From Candidatus Enterousia sp. (GTDB lineage Bacteria > Pseudomonadota > Alphaproteobacteria > Rs-D84), in the NCBI GenBank assembly GCA_045612805.1, contig JAZKZR010000008.1, forward strand, positions 6,276-70,275: a DNA stretch of 64,000 nt, given 5' to 3'. Below, one piece after another: positions 29,994 through 39,296 of this stretch. How positions within the stretch are numbered: the first letter of the stretch is position 1; the number at the start of each line of letters is the position of its first letter. Made by a program: the position numbers and the translations under genes. The notes under the pieces are model-generated. The model was not told the origin of the DNA and ran no database searches. It saw only the letters and a program-made list of their open reading frames with translations.

Positions 29994-31547
29994 TTACCGA
30001 TTTTCTTCTTCGTTTTCCGCCACCGTTATACCGAATGCGATTTCCCGCGCCTTCATAATCACGCGACCGGCAAGGCGGTGACTCATTGTTTCTTCGCCAA
30101 GGATTTCAACCAATTCGTCCGATGCCAAATCCGCCAAATCAGAAAGTGTTTTGATTCCCGCTGCGCCCAACTTCATAATTATCGGGCGTTTGATAAAATC
30201 AAAGTTCAACAAATCGTCGGACATACCAAGGTTGTGACCCTGTTCAAAATAATCTTTTTCGATTTTTTCAAGATATGCCTTGGCGCGGTTTTGCAATTCC
30301 GTGGCCAATTCAGTATTGAAACCTTCGATTGATTCAAGTTCTTTTAATTCAACGAACGCAACTTCTTCGATTGTGCGGAAACCTTCGGATACCAACAATT
30401 GCGCAATCATTTCATCAACGTCCAGGCCCGTCATAAAGAGTTCGGTTTTTTCTTTGACTTCCTTAGCCCTACGTTCTTGTTCTTCGGCTTCGTTCAAAAC
30501 ATCGATGTTCCACCCCGTCAATTGTGATGCAAGGCGAACATTTTGACCACGACGGCCAATGGCAAGTGATTGTTGATCTTCGTTCACAACAACGACCGCG
30601 CCGCGCGTGTCTTCGTCAACGATAATTTTTGCGACCTTGGCCGGTTGCATGGCATTCACAATGAACACCGCCGGGTCTTCGGAATACAAAATAACATCGA
30701 TTTTTTCACCGTGGCATTCGTTGATAACCGGTTGAATACGTGTTCCCTTGATACCAACGGTCATACCAACCGCATCGATGGATGGGTCCTGGGTTTCGAC
30801 GGCGATTTTCGCATGTGAACCCGGCGCGCGTGCCACAGATTTGATTTTGATGATGCCTTCGTAAATTTCAGGAACTTCTTGGGTAAACAGTTTTTCCATA
30901 AACAACGGATGTGTCCGGGTCAAGAAAATTTGTGGTCCCGAATTTGAACGCGCAACATCCATAATTAGCGCGCGCACGCGGTCGCCAACCCCCAAACGTT
31001 CACCTGGGATAAGTTCAGTATTTTTAATGTAACCTTCGGCCTTGCCATTTATATCAACATAGACATTTCCGAATTCGATACGTTTTACAACACCATTTAT
31101 AATGTCGCCGATATTGTCTTTGAATTCTTCGTATTGACGACCCTTTTCCGCGTCACGCACGCGTGCAGTCATAATTTGACGCGCGGTTTGGAAAGCCATA
31201 CGGCCGAATTCCGGTTCCGGCAACGAATCTTCAACGACATCACCAACCGATGGATTTTTGCTATATTTCTTTGCCTCTGATACCGTAAGCATTGTAAACG
31301 GGTTATACTCTTCGCCCATAGATTCCGGCGATTCAATAACATCGAACAAACGCTTTACATGAATAGACCCGTTTTTGCGGTCGATGTTGGCGACGATGTT
31401 AAATTCTTCGCCATATTTATGCTTTGCAATTTTCGCGATTGCAATTTCCAATGATTCAAAAACGGTTTCACGATCAATCTGCTTTTCAGATGCCAAAGAA
31501 TCAATGGACAAAAGCAAATCTTGACGCGGCATAGAAACAAACGACAT
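29994..31547 (-). CDS. nusA: transcription termination/antitermination factor NusA
   Basis: N-terminal domain, S1 and two KH regions (VDIN...ARAPGS...IAIGRRGQNVRLA), and C-terminal acidic repeats. SD aagggagaaaa. Confidence 0.93.
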   Translation of the reverse strand: MSFVSMPRQDLLLSIDSLASEKQIDRETVFESLEIAIAKIAKHKYGEEFNIVANIDRKNGSIHVKRLFDVIESPESMGEEYNPFTMLTVSEAKKYSKNPSVGDVVEDSLPEPEFGRMAFQTARQIMTARVRDAEKGRQYEEFKDNIGDIINGVVKRIEFGNVYVDINGKAEGYIKNTELIPGERLGVGDRVRALIMDVARSNSGPQIFLTRTHPLFMEKLFTQEVPEIYEGIIKIKSVARAPGSHAKIAVETQDPSIDAVGMTVGIKGTRIQPVINECHGEKIDVILYSEDPAVFIVNAMQPAKVAKIIVDEDTRGAVVVVNEDQQSLAIGRRGQNVRLASQLTGWNIDVLNEAEEQERRAKEVKEKTELFMTGLDVDEMIAQLLVSEGFRTIEEVAFVELKELESIEGFNTELATELQNRAKAYLEKIEKDYFEQGHNLGMSDDLLNFDFIKRPIIMKLGAAGIKTLSDLADLASDELVEILGEETMSHRLAGRVIMKAREIAFGITVAENEEENR

Positions 31548-31583
31548 TTATTTTCTCCCTTGGTTGGTGTGTATCGTTTATCT

Positions 31584-31614
31584 TTAAGGGCGGGGTTTTT
31601 CGCCCCGCCCTTAA
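31584..31614 (-). promoter_or_regulatory. GC-rich perfect hairpin in the nusA 5' leader (candidate attenuator/regulatory stem-loop)
   Basis: ttaagggcgggg-tttttcg-ccccgcccttaa. On the sense (minus) strand it is not followed by a U-tract. Confidence 0.45.
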
Positions 31615-31639
31615 AATTTAATCTTTTAAGAACACGTTG

Positions 31640-31667
31640 ATTATAACACCGAATCGCACAAATGCAA
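31640..31667 (-). promoter_or_regulatory. near-consensus promoter of nusA-infB (TTGCAT-16-TATAAT on the minus strand)
   Basis: Reverse complement of 31640-31667 gives TTGCATttgtgcgattcggtgtTATAAT. Confidence 0.55.
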
Positions 31668-31671
31668 ATGT

Positions 31672-31850
31672 TTTTTTAGTGGTTAGTGGGGGGGAGTTGA
31701 TGGTTGGCAACGCCGTCATTCCGGCGAAAGCCGGGATCCCGTCGGATATGTCGCAATCCAATTCTCTGCAACATTGGTAGAGAAAAGATACCGGCCTGCG
31801 CCGGTATGACGTCAATGACACTTACACTAATCACTAACACTAATAATATA
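31672..31850. repeat. composite repeat copy D (heptads + GTCATTCC hairpin + GATACCGG hairpin + inverted heptads)
   Basis: ttagtggttagtggggg ... gtcattccggcgaaagccgggatcc ... gataccggcctgcgccggtatgacgtca ... cactaatcactaacactaa. Confidence 0.7.
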
Positions 31851-31885
31851 TTTGACGGGGTTAGTTTTCGGCACTATACTTGGTG

Positions 31886-32947
31886 ATGATGAAGACCATA
31901 AATGGGTATTTTATACGGCAACTAACCATGATATTTACGTTGTTGCTGCTTATTCTTACTGGACTTGCGTGGATGGTCCAGATTGTCGCTATGATGAAAT
32001 TCTTGGTCAATTATGGTGTGGAACTTAGCAGTTTTTTGGGCCTTACCGCCATGATGATTCCGTTTATTGTTTCCATAATTTTGCCATTTGTGACATTTAT
32101 TACGGTGCTGTTTGTATATAACAAAATGATTGGCGATAACGAGGTTGTAGTTATGGCATCGTCGGGTTGTTCCCCAGCGCAAATCGCGCGACCGGCATTA
32201 TTCTTGGCGGGGATTTTGGTTGCGGTGCATTTTATTTTAAACCTTTGGGTTGTCCCAATTACCCAGGCAAAGTTTTACGACACACAATGGAATTTGCGAT
32301 ATGGACTTGCGCATATGAAATTGCAAGAAGGCGCGTTTACGGAACTTTCCCGCGGGTTGGTTGTTTATGTGGATAAAGTTTCCGGACATGATTTAAGCCA
32401 GGTTATGTTGTCCGACATGCGCGACGCAAAATCCCAGGTCACAATTTTTGCAAAAACCGGTAAATTGGTCGCAACGATGCGCGGGCTTTCCATTGTAATG
32501 ACCGACGGTTCGTTGCACGCCGTAAATAATGGCAGTGTGATTGGAACATTTGATACATTTGATATGGATTTAAGTATCGCAGAAAAAAATAATGATACCG
32601 CGTTCAAGGCACGGCGTATGTCGACGGGGGCACTCTTTAAAAGTTTGCAAACGGAACTTGCGCCAAAGCAATATAAAACCGTTATGTCCGAACTTTGCAA
32701 TCGGTTGTTTGGCCCAACAATGAATTTTATCTTGGTGGCGATTTGTTTGGCGGTGCTGTTGCGTTCTTCGCTGCTGCGGCGGCGGACAAGTTTTGCACCT
32801 GCGATATCCGTCCTTTGCATGGGGGGCGTTATGGCGGCATTTATGTCGTTGTCGAATATGCTGGCGGGCGCTTTCGACCTTTGGTTGATGGGCGGTGGAA
32901 TCGCATTAGTTTTATGTATAACAATGGTGATATTGTTGCGGAAATGA
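31886..32947 (+). CDS. LPS export ABC permease LptF/LptG family
   Basis: YjgP/YjgQ-type: 3 TM, a periplasmic beta-jellyroll region, then 3 TM. Confidence 0.8.
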   Translation: MMKTINGYFIRQLTMIFTLLLLILTGLAWMVQIVAMMKFLVNYGVELSSFLGLTAMMIPFIVSIILPFVTFITVLFVYNKMIGDNEVVVMASSGCSPAQIARPALFLAGILVAVHFILNLWVVPITQAKFYDTQWNLRYGLAHMKLQEGAFTELSRGLVVYVDKVSGHDLSQVMLSDMRDAKSQVTIFAKTGKLVATMRGLSIVMTDGSLHAVNNGSVIGTFDTFDMDLSIAEKNNDTAFKARRMSTGALFKSLQTELAPKQYKTVMSELCNRLFGPTMNFILVAICLAVLLRSSLLRRRTSFAPAISVLCMGGVMAAFMSLSNMLAGAFDLWLMGGGIALVLCITMVILLRK

Positions 32948-34956
32948 GACGGTTTATTGTTGCCTTTTTATCGATTTTATGCACGCGCACCGCATTTCCA
33001 ATAACGGTGAATCAAAATGAACCCACAACAATCAAGGCGGATAAAATTGAATACAATCTTAAATCCGGCACTTTGAAAACCGTTGGAAAAACCGAAATTA
33101 CCAACAAATCTGGGCAAAAAATGACACTGCGTGATTCATACATTACAAATAATGGGAAAAATTTATCGGGCAATGATATTGAAATATGGTTGGGACCACA
33201 TGTTTATCTTGAATCTGAAAATGTTTCGCGCGATGGCGATATAACGGTTGCAAAGTCCGCGATATTTACCGCGTGCAAAAATTGCGACAGTTATGGCGAA
33301 GCGTGGGAAATAACCGCAAAAAAAGTTAAACACGACCTTGGTTCACGAATGCTTTATTTCAAAAATATGGTGTTTTGGATTTACGATTTGCCGGTTATGT
33401 GGTTGCCTTATTTCAGTATGCCAGACCCAGGCGTTAAACACAAGACCGGTTTTTTAACACCCACTCTGGAATCAACCAATAAAATGGGAACGCAAATAAA
33501 TATTCCGGTGTATTTTTATATATCGGACACACACGATTTGACAACAACATTTTCGTATTTGACCAAGGAAAATCCGCTGTTTCAATTGGAACATCGGTTG
33601 AATTTGTCGCATGCGGAATTTCGTTCGCGTGGTTCTTTTACCCATAATCGCGAAGGTGAAAATCGTTGGCATATCTTCAATGATGATATTATTGAACTTG
33701 GCGAAAATGCGCGTGCAACGGTGTTCTTGGACCGCGCGTCTGATAAAACATACCTCCAGAAATACGGATTCTATGAAGAACAACCGTATTTGGATTCTGG
33801 GGCGCGTGTTGAATTGTTCGGTCAATCAGGATATGTGACCGCGGATGCGCATATATTCCAAGAATTGCGTAATGATGTGTATAATTATTCTGTGCCGAAC
33901 GGAAATATTTTGCCAAATGTTCGCGGCATATATCAAACAAGTCCTTTGTTTGCCGCCACGTACGCAACATTTATGGGCGATATACTTGGTATATCGGGCG
34001 ATGGAATTTCATCTGAACGTGTAATTGGCGAAGCACGCATAACATCGCCATGGACGGTTTTGGGTGGCAACCGCATAACCGCAAGTATCGCCGCGCGATA
34101 CGATGTTTATAATTTCAAAAATACACCAATGGTTGATGGCGATATTTATTCCGGTGTTCGTGACAGGTTTTTACCAAGTGGATATTTGGAATGGGGATTG
34201 CCATTATTTAGGCCCGGTGAAAAATGGACAAATGTTGTTGAACCGCGCGCGCGAATAACCGTAATGCGGCACACACATGAAAATCAATTTGCGGTTGATA
34301 ATGATTCCGCCGGTGCATTGTTGTCGGATGCAACCTTGTTTTCGGCCAATCGTTTTTCGGGACTTGATTTATGGGAAAATGGAACATTCGCGGATTATGG
34401 GCTGCGTTGGGCGGCATTTAACCCAGATGGCGAAACAATTGAAACATTTTTTGGTCAAAGTTATGATTTTACACGGCGCGAAGCAACCGACCCCAACAGC
34501 GGTTTCCGCAACGGGCAATCGGACTATGTTGGGCGCATCGGGTATAATAATATGAAGTGGATGGATATATATTCGCGTTTTCGTTTTTCCCAGGAAAATT
34601 TTGGTCTGCGCCATATTGAAACAAATGCGGTTATCGGAACACCAAGAAATTTTGTAAATGTTGGGCATATTTGGTCAAAGCAATTTGTCGATGTGCAAAC
34701 CGTTGCGGAATCAATTCATGAATTTGCGGGCGGTGTTGGATTTGCAATAACCGACCGGTGGTCTGTGCGGTGGACGGGAATATATAACGCGACCAATGAC
34801 CGTTTTCAACAACACAGTGGTGCGGTATACTATGAACATCCGTGTTATTATCTAAGTGTTGGATATCGGCGCGATAATGCGTACAAGGAAGATTATGTCG
34901 GAAACACGACTTTTCAATTTAGATTCGGAATAAGTATGGACGGGAAACATTATTAA
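32944..34956 (+). CDS. lptD: LPS-assembly protein LptD
   Basis: Signal peptide, OstA-like N-terminal domain and a large beta-barrel. ATGA overlap with lptF/G. Conserved lptD-surA order. Confidence 0.88.
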   Translation: MRRFIVAFLSILCTRTAFPITVNQNEPTTIKADKIEYNLKSGTLKTVGKTEITNKSGQKMTLRDSYITNNGKNLSGNDIEIWLGPHVYLESENVSRDGDITVAKSAIFTACKNCDSYGEAWEITAKKVKHDLGSRMLYFKNMVFWIYDLPVMWLPYFSMPDPGVKHKTGFLTPTLESTNKMGTQINIPVYFYISDTHDLTTTFSYLTKENPLFQLEHRLNLSHAEFRSRGSFTHNREGENRWHIFNDDIIELGENARATVFLDRASDKTYLQKYGFYEEQPYLDSGARVELFGQSGYVTADAHIFQELRNDVYNYSVPNGNILPNVRGIYQTSPLFAATYATFMGDILGISGDGISSERVIGEARITSPWTVLGGNRITASIAARYDVYNFKNTPMVDGDIYSGVRDRFLPSGYLEWGLPLFRPGEKWTNVVEPRARITVMRHTHENQFAVDNDSAGALLSDATLFSANRFSGLDLWENGTFADYGLRWAAFNPDGETIETFFGQSYDFTRREATDPNSGFRNGQSDYVGRIGYNNMKWMDIYSRFRFSQENFGLRHIETNAVIGTPRNFVNVGHIWSKQFVDVQTVAESIHEFAGGVGFAITDRWSVRWTGIYNATNDRFQQHSGAVYYEHPCYYLSVGYRRDNAYKEDYVGNTTFQFRFGISMDGKHY

Positions 34957-34968
34957 AAAGGAGAAGAA

Positions 34969-35793
34969 ATGAAAAAATTTGTTTTGTTTATAATGTTGGC
35001 TTTTGTTGGATTTTATGCAAATGCGGCGACGGTTATTGCGACGGTTGACGGCAAACCGGTGACCGATACCGATATTACCGCGCGAACAAAACTTATGGCG
35101 CGTCAAGGCAACACATCGACCGACAATCGGCGCCAGGCATTACAGAATATAATCGACGACAGTGTGAAATTAAACTATGCCGCAAAGTTTAATGCGGTTC
35201 CGTCTGATAAAGATGTAGATAGTGAATTAAAACGTATGGATTTGTGTGATTTAAGTGCGTCTGAACGCGAAATGGCACGCAGCGCCGTCCGCGCAAACAT
35301 CGCATGGCAGGTAATAGTTGCACGAACAATTATGCCGACGGTTGACGTTTCTGATGAAGATATAAAAAACGAAAAAACAACACTTGAACGTGAACATGGA
35401 TTGCCAATTGAAATGACTATGGTGCGTTTGCTTTCCGTGCCGGATGATGTGATAAAAAAACTAAGCACCCCCAAAAGTTGCGATGATGCGATAAGTATTG
35501 CGACACGTCTTGGTGGGGCGCCACAAAAATTCACCGCGGTCCAGTATGAATTGGCATCTGATATTCGTGAACGCATTGCGGGGCTGAAAAAACTAACCTG
35601 GTCAAAGCCAACCGCGGATGGTTCGGTGTTTCTGATTTGCGACACGAAAAAGACCAAGGAATATGGAAAACTTGATAACATAATAAAACAAAATGCGATA
35701 TATAAACAATCTATGTTTATCGCGGACCAGCAACTTAAACAATTACGCCGGCGTGCGGTTGTAATTATAAATGACAACAGGTATAAAATATAA
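34969..35793 (+). CDS. SurA N-terminal-domain periplasmic chaperone (no PPIase domain seen)
   Basis: Signal peptide and a SurA_N-like helical region. Position downstream of lptD. Confidence 0.6.
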   Translation: MKKFVLFIMLAFVGFYANAATVIATVDGKPVTDTDITARTKLMARQGNTSTDNRRQALQNIIDDSVKLNYAAKFNAVPSDKDVDSELKRMDLCDLSASEREMARSAVRANIAWQVIVARTIMPTVDVSDEDIKNEKTTLEREHGLPIEMTMVRLLSVPDDVIKKLSTPKSCDDAISIATRLGGAPQKFTAVQYELASDIRERIAGLKKLTWSKPTADGSVFLICDTKKTKEYGKLDNIIKQNAIYKQSMFIADQQLKQLRRRAVVIINDNRYKI

Positions 35794-36878
35794 TGAAAAC
35801 CGTATTATTTAATTTAACCGGCGCTGAATTGGAAAAGTTTGTCACCGATATGGGGCAACCGCGTTTTCGCGCAAAACAGATTTCAGAATGGCTGTCGCGC
35901 GGGGCACCTGATTTTTCGGCGATGAAAAATTTGCCGGAAAAATTGCGTAATGATTTGGACGCGTGTGCGGAAACTTTGCCGGTAAAAATTGTGAAAAAAT
36001 TACAATCTTCCGACGGACAAACGACCAAGTTTTTATTGGAACTGTGCGATGCGGAACAAATTGAATGCGTTTTAATGCGAACCAGTTATGGCAACAGTGT
36101 TTGTGTCAGTTCCCAGGCTGGATGCGCAATGGGGTGCAAATTTTGTGCAAGTACATTACTTGGACTTAAACGCAATTTAACCGTAAACGAAATTTTTGCA
36201 CAAATACTTGTTGCCCAATGGGAATTGCGAAATGACAAATTTTCTGAAAAAACAATTCATGCAAACGGCGATGCAAACAATGATGATGTGTCGCATATCG
36301 TGATTATGGGCACGGGCGAACCATTGCAAAATGTGCAAAATGTTATTGGGTTTATGGAACGCGCGAACCGTGAAATGGGAATTGGGTGGCGACGTATCAC
36401 GGTTTCAACCTGTGGAATTGTGCCGGGGATATATGAATTGATTGATTGGGGGCGACCGATAAATTTGGCAATATCGTTGCATGCGCCGAACGATGAATTG
36501 CGCCGGAAATTGATGCCGATTGCGAACAAATATAGTATTGCGGAAATAATGGATGCGGCGCTTCAATTTACCGACTTGCATAATCGGCAATTGATGATAG
36601 AATACTTGCTGGTTGCGGACAAAGACGGCAATTTATTGAACGCAACAAATGAATGCGCGGAACAATTGTCGGACCTGGTACGTGGGAAAAATTGCATGGT
36701 GAATTTAATTCCATGGAACACGGTTGCGGAACGTGAATTTACCGCGCCATCGGGCAATGCGGTACATCGATTCCAAGATGTGCTAATTAAAAACGGAATT
36801 CATGCACGCATACGCCGCGAACGTGGAACGGATATTGGTTCGGCATGCGGGCAATTGCGAATTAAAAGAAATAATTAA
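35793..36878 (+). CDS. rlmN: 23S rRNA/tRNA (adenine-C2)-methyltransferase RlmN (radical SAM)
   Basis: CAMGCKFCAS radical-SAM cluster motif and the second Cys motif GSACGQL. Confidence 0.92.
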   Translation: MKTVLFNLTGAELEKFVTDMGQPRFRAKQISEWLSRGAPDFSAMKNLPEKLRNDLDACAETLPVKIVKKLQSSDGQTTKFLLELCDAEQIECVLMRTSYGNSVCVSSQAGCAMGCKFCASTLLGLKRNLTVNEIFAQILVAQWELRNDKFSEKTIHANGDANNDDVSHIVIMGTGEPLQNVQNVIGFMERANREMGIGWRRITVSTCGIVPGIYELIDWGRPINLAISLHAPNDELRRKLMPIANKYSIAEIMDAALQFTDLHNRQLMIEYLLVADKDGNLLNATNECAEQLSDLVRGKNCMVNLIPWNTVAEREFTAPSGNAVHRFQDVLIKNGIHARIRRERGTDIGSACGQLRIKRNN

Positions 36879-36924
36879 TAGGGACATATCGGGGAGAGAG
36901 CAGGATTTATAAAAAGGAGAAAAC

Positions 36925-37701
36925 ATGAACATAGAATATATAACCTGCAGTGGTATCGGTCCACATAACGATATATCAGAAATTATCAATCTTGGTAAAA
37001 ATTATGAAAATGCAGAATTTGCGGTTCAGGTAAGTCGTGAAAAATTTTTCCCATATAATGATAGGTATAATTTCTTTCGAACATTGGTTGCCACATGCAC
37101 CGTGAATGACGTGAATCTTGCAATGCATGTGAATCTTGAATATAGGACAGATTTGTGTCGCGGAATTGTCCCGGAATTTTTTCAAGATTTATGGAGTATC
37201 AAGCGTCAAAAAGGAACACAGAATGCGGACAAACCTGTTATCGGTCGGGTTCAAATAAATATAAACGGCGGAAATGATAAATTTACGTTTTATGCCGATA
37301 AAGTCGCAGACATAATTCGCGCATACCCGGGTATTAAATTTATTTTTCAATATGCGCCGGAACAATACGAGCGCATTTCGAAACTTGATAAAAGACATGT
37401 ATCATTTGCGTTATTGTATGATGCATCAGGTGGACGTGGTATTTCCCCAGAAATGTGGGATGCACCGGTTTTTCAGAATCATCAAATGGGATACAGTGGG
37501 GGTATGTCGCCGGATAATGTTGTTAATAACTTAAATGATATAAACGAAATTTTACCCATGGATTATTCGACCTGGATTGATGCCGAAGGAAAATTAAAAA
37601 GTCCCGATGATAATGGCAAAAAACTGTTCGATACGACACTCGCCGAAAAATATATTAAAAACGCATGCGCATGGCAGATGAAAAACGGGTATAATCGGTA
37701 A
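36925..37701 (+). CDS. TIM-barrel protein resembling phosphoribosylanthranilate isomerase (TrpF-like)
   Basis: FALLYDASGGRGISPEMWD...GYSGGMSPDNV follows the TrpF pattern (LLD..GGsG..fdW...laGGl.p.NV). AT-rich relative to neighbours. Confidence 0.45.
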   Translation: MNIEYITCSGIGPHNDISEIINLGKNYENAEFAVQVSREKFFPYNDRYNFFRTLVATCTVNDVNLAMHVNLEYRTDLCRGIVPEFFQDLWSIKRQKGTQNADKPVIGRVQININGGNDKFTFYADKVADIIRAYPGIKFIFQYAPEQYERISKLDKRHVSFALLYDASGGRGISPEMWDAPVFQNHQMGYSGGMSPDNVVNNLNDINEILPMDYSTWIDAEGKLKSPDDNGKKLFDTTLAEKYIKNACAWQMKNGYNR

Positions 37702-37704
37702 AAA

Positions 37705-37733
37705 ATATCGCCGAATTTCGGCGATGTTTTTAT
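37705..37733. terminator. bidirectional terminator between the TrpF-like and ACP-like genes
   Basis: atcgccgaa-tt-tcggcgat hairpin followed by gttttta. Confidence 0.65.
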
Positions 37734-38080
37734 TAATATCTTTCTTTTGTTTTGCTATATAACCCGTCACGAAGTAATGATTTTTTTTGATTGATTTGTT
37801 TAATCTGGGTTTGAACATTCATGTTATTATACAAAAAATCTATAATATCGTTCACGGTTATATTCGATTTGGTTGTTAAACCATCCTTGGGGTCACAATT
37901 CATTTCGGTACCAAATTCGTGTTCCAAATGTTCCCAAAGGTTGTACCAATCGAATGAATCTAGGGCCAACAGAATATCGCCATTATTCTTGGATTTAACA
38001 CTAATAATATCGCAAGCATACAACGCGTTATTCAGTTTATTTTGAATTTCTGGCCGGGTCCAGTTTTTATTTTTCATCAC
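37733..38080 (-). CDS. acyl/peptidyl carrier protein-like protein
   Basis: LALDSFDWYNLWEHLEHEFGTEM aligns with the ACP helix II ([21 protein letters not shown]), with Ser in DSF. Confidence 0.5.
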   Translation of the reverse strand: MMKNKNWTRPEIQNKLNNALYACDIISVKSKNNGDILLALDSFDWYNLWEHLEHEFGTEMNCDPKDGLTTKSNITVNDIIDFLYNNMNVQTQIKQINQKKSLLRDGLYSKTKERY

Positions 38081-38225
38081 ATATCTCTTGATTTACAGGC
38101 GATACCATAGCATTGAAATATAGTATTGTCAAAAAAATTTCAAATTGCCACTATTACCCTATTGACTTTTTTTTATAAATAATGCTAGGATTTGGGTGGA
38201 TTAGTAAAATCAAAGGAGAAAACAC

Positions 38226-38603
38226 ATGAAAAAAATACTTATCTATGGTGTCGCGGTCGCCGCTATTGCGGGATGTTCGACAAAGGAAGAAACAAAAGAA
38301 GTCAAGGTTTTTGATGCATCTTGTGAAAAGGTCGCCGTTTTCGAACAGGGCGATATGATTGTGAAATGTCCAATCAATGAAACACTGTCTTCGTTGCAAG
38401 ACCAAACCCCAACTGGCATGTTTGTTCCGCACGACAATTTCAACGTTTCAGAATTGGCTGCGGATGCGGAACATGTCTATGTGAACGTTATTCCGGCGGG
38501 CGCGTATGAATGGGCGACATATAAAGAATACCGCATAATGGTGAAAAATCCGGTTATGGATGAAAATTCCCTTTATACCGTTAGCGTTGTGGTTCAAGAA
38601 TAA
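38226..38603 (+). CDS. hypothetical lipoprotein (125 aa)
   Basis: Lipobox AIAGCS; SD aaaggag. Confidence 0.6.
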   Translation: MKKILIYGVAVAAIAGCSTKEETKEVKVFDASCEKVAVFEQGDMIVKCPINETLSSLQDQTPTGMFVPHDNFNVSELAADAEHVYVNVIPAGAYEWATYKEYRIMVKNPVMDENSLYTVSVVVQE

Positions 38604-38616
38604 ATATCTTTGAAAC

Positions 38617-38644
38617 AAAACCGCCATTTGTTTGGCGGTTTTTT
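38617..38644 (+). terminator. rho-independent terminator
   Basis: aaaaccgccatttgtttggcggtttttt. Confidence 0.75.
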
Positions 38645-38650
38645 ATTATA

Positions 38651-38679
38651 TTGCAAAATTGGGTAAATTGGAATATAAT
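38651..38679 (+). promoter_or_regulatory. near-consensus sigma70 promoter (TTGCAA-17-TATAAT)
   Basis: Exact hexamers with optimal spacing, followed by SD aaaggag and the 36 aa ORF. Confidence 0.6.
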
Positions 38680-38707
38680 CATAATGTATCAACAAAAGGA
38701 GTAAAAA

Positions 38708-38818
38708 ATGCTAACCCTTATATTTGTGATATTAAAACTAACAAACGTGTTAAATTGTTCTTGGTGGTGGATTGTTTTAACATTGTTATTGGATTTTGGT
38801 GTTATACGGATTTTGTAA
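38708..38818 (+). CDS. small hydrophobic peptide, 36 aa (MLTLIFVILKLTNVLNCSWWWIVLTLLLDFGVIRIL)
   Basis: Complete expression unit of promoter, SD (7 nt spacing), ORF and terminator. Below the ORF-track cutoff. Confidence 0.45.
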   Translation: MLTLIFVILKLTNVLNCSWWWIVLTLLLDFGVIRIL

Positions 38819-38838
38819 TTGCCACAATAAAACCACAG

Positions 38839-38864
38839 GGCCCGCGCACGGCGGGTCTTTTTTT
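38839..38864 (+). terminator. rho-independent terminator of the mini-gene
   Basis: gcccgc-gcacg-gcgggt hairpin followed by a T7 run. Confidence 0.65.
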
Positions 38865-38889
38865 AGCATAGATTTAAAAGGGGAATTTT

Positions 38890-39168
38890 ATGAATACTTT
38901 TTGGGGCGAAATCGTGGGTTATTTATCCGGTGTTTGCACGACACTGGCATTTTTACCCCAGGCAATAAAGTCCATTACCACAAAAAACGTGTCGGGGCTT
39001 TCCCTGTATATGTATATCATATATTGCATGGGGTTGGTGTTTTGGATTCTTTACGGTGTGTATTTGCATTCATTTCAAATAATGTTGTTCAACAGCATTA
39101 CACTGGTGTTCAATGGAATAATATTGTATATGATAATAAAATCTGGAACGCGGCGTAAGAAGAAATAA
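38890..39168 (+). CDS. SemiSWEET / PQ-loop sugar transporter (3 TM, 92 aa)
   Basis: TLAFLPQAIKS PQ-loop motif and 3 TM; SD aaagggg. Confidence 0.75.
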   Translation: MNTFWGEIVGYLSGVCTTLAFLPQAIKSITTKNVSGLSLYMYIIYCMGLVFWILYGVYLHSFQIMLFNSITLVFNGIILYMIIKSGTRRKKK

Positions 39169-39263
39169 GATTATGCGCGCCAATTATTCACGAAAATTTC
39201 ATTTTCGTATGGCACTGTCGTGCCATGGCGCTCTTGCGCATCCACCCACCCCACATTGCAAAA

Positions 39264-39296
39264 TAAAAAATGACCCAAACGGGTCATTTTCTATTT
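39264..39296. terminator. bidirectional terminator (SemiSWEET / tRNA operon)
   Basis: aaaatgacccaaacgggtcatttt flanked by A/T runs on both strands. Confidence 0.7.

Noticed and set aside
27592-30058. Long Ser/Ala/Arg-rich + strand ORFs overlapping infB and nusA
   Set aside because: Antisense low-complexity frames within highly conserved genes.
31584-31614. nusA leader hairpin read as an intrinsic terminator
   Set aside because: On the transcribed (minus) strand it is followed by aaagataaacg, not a U-tract. On the plus strand there is no upstream gene to terminate.
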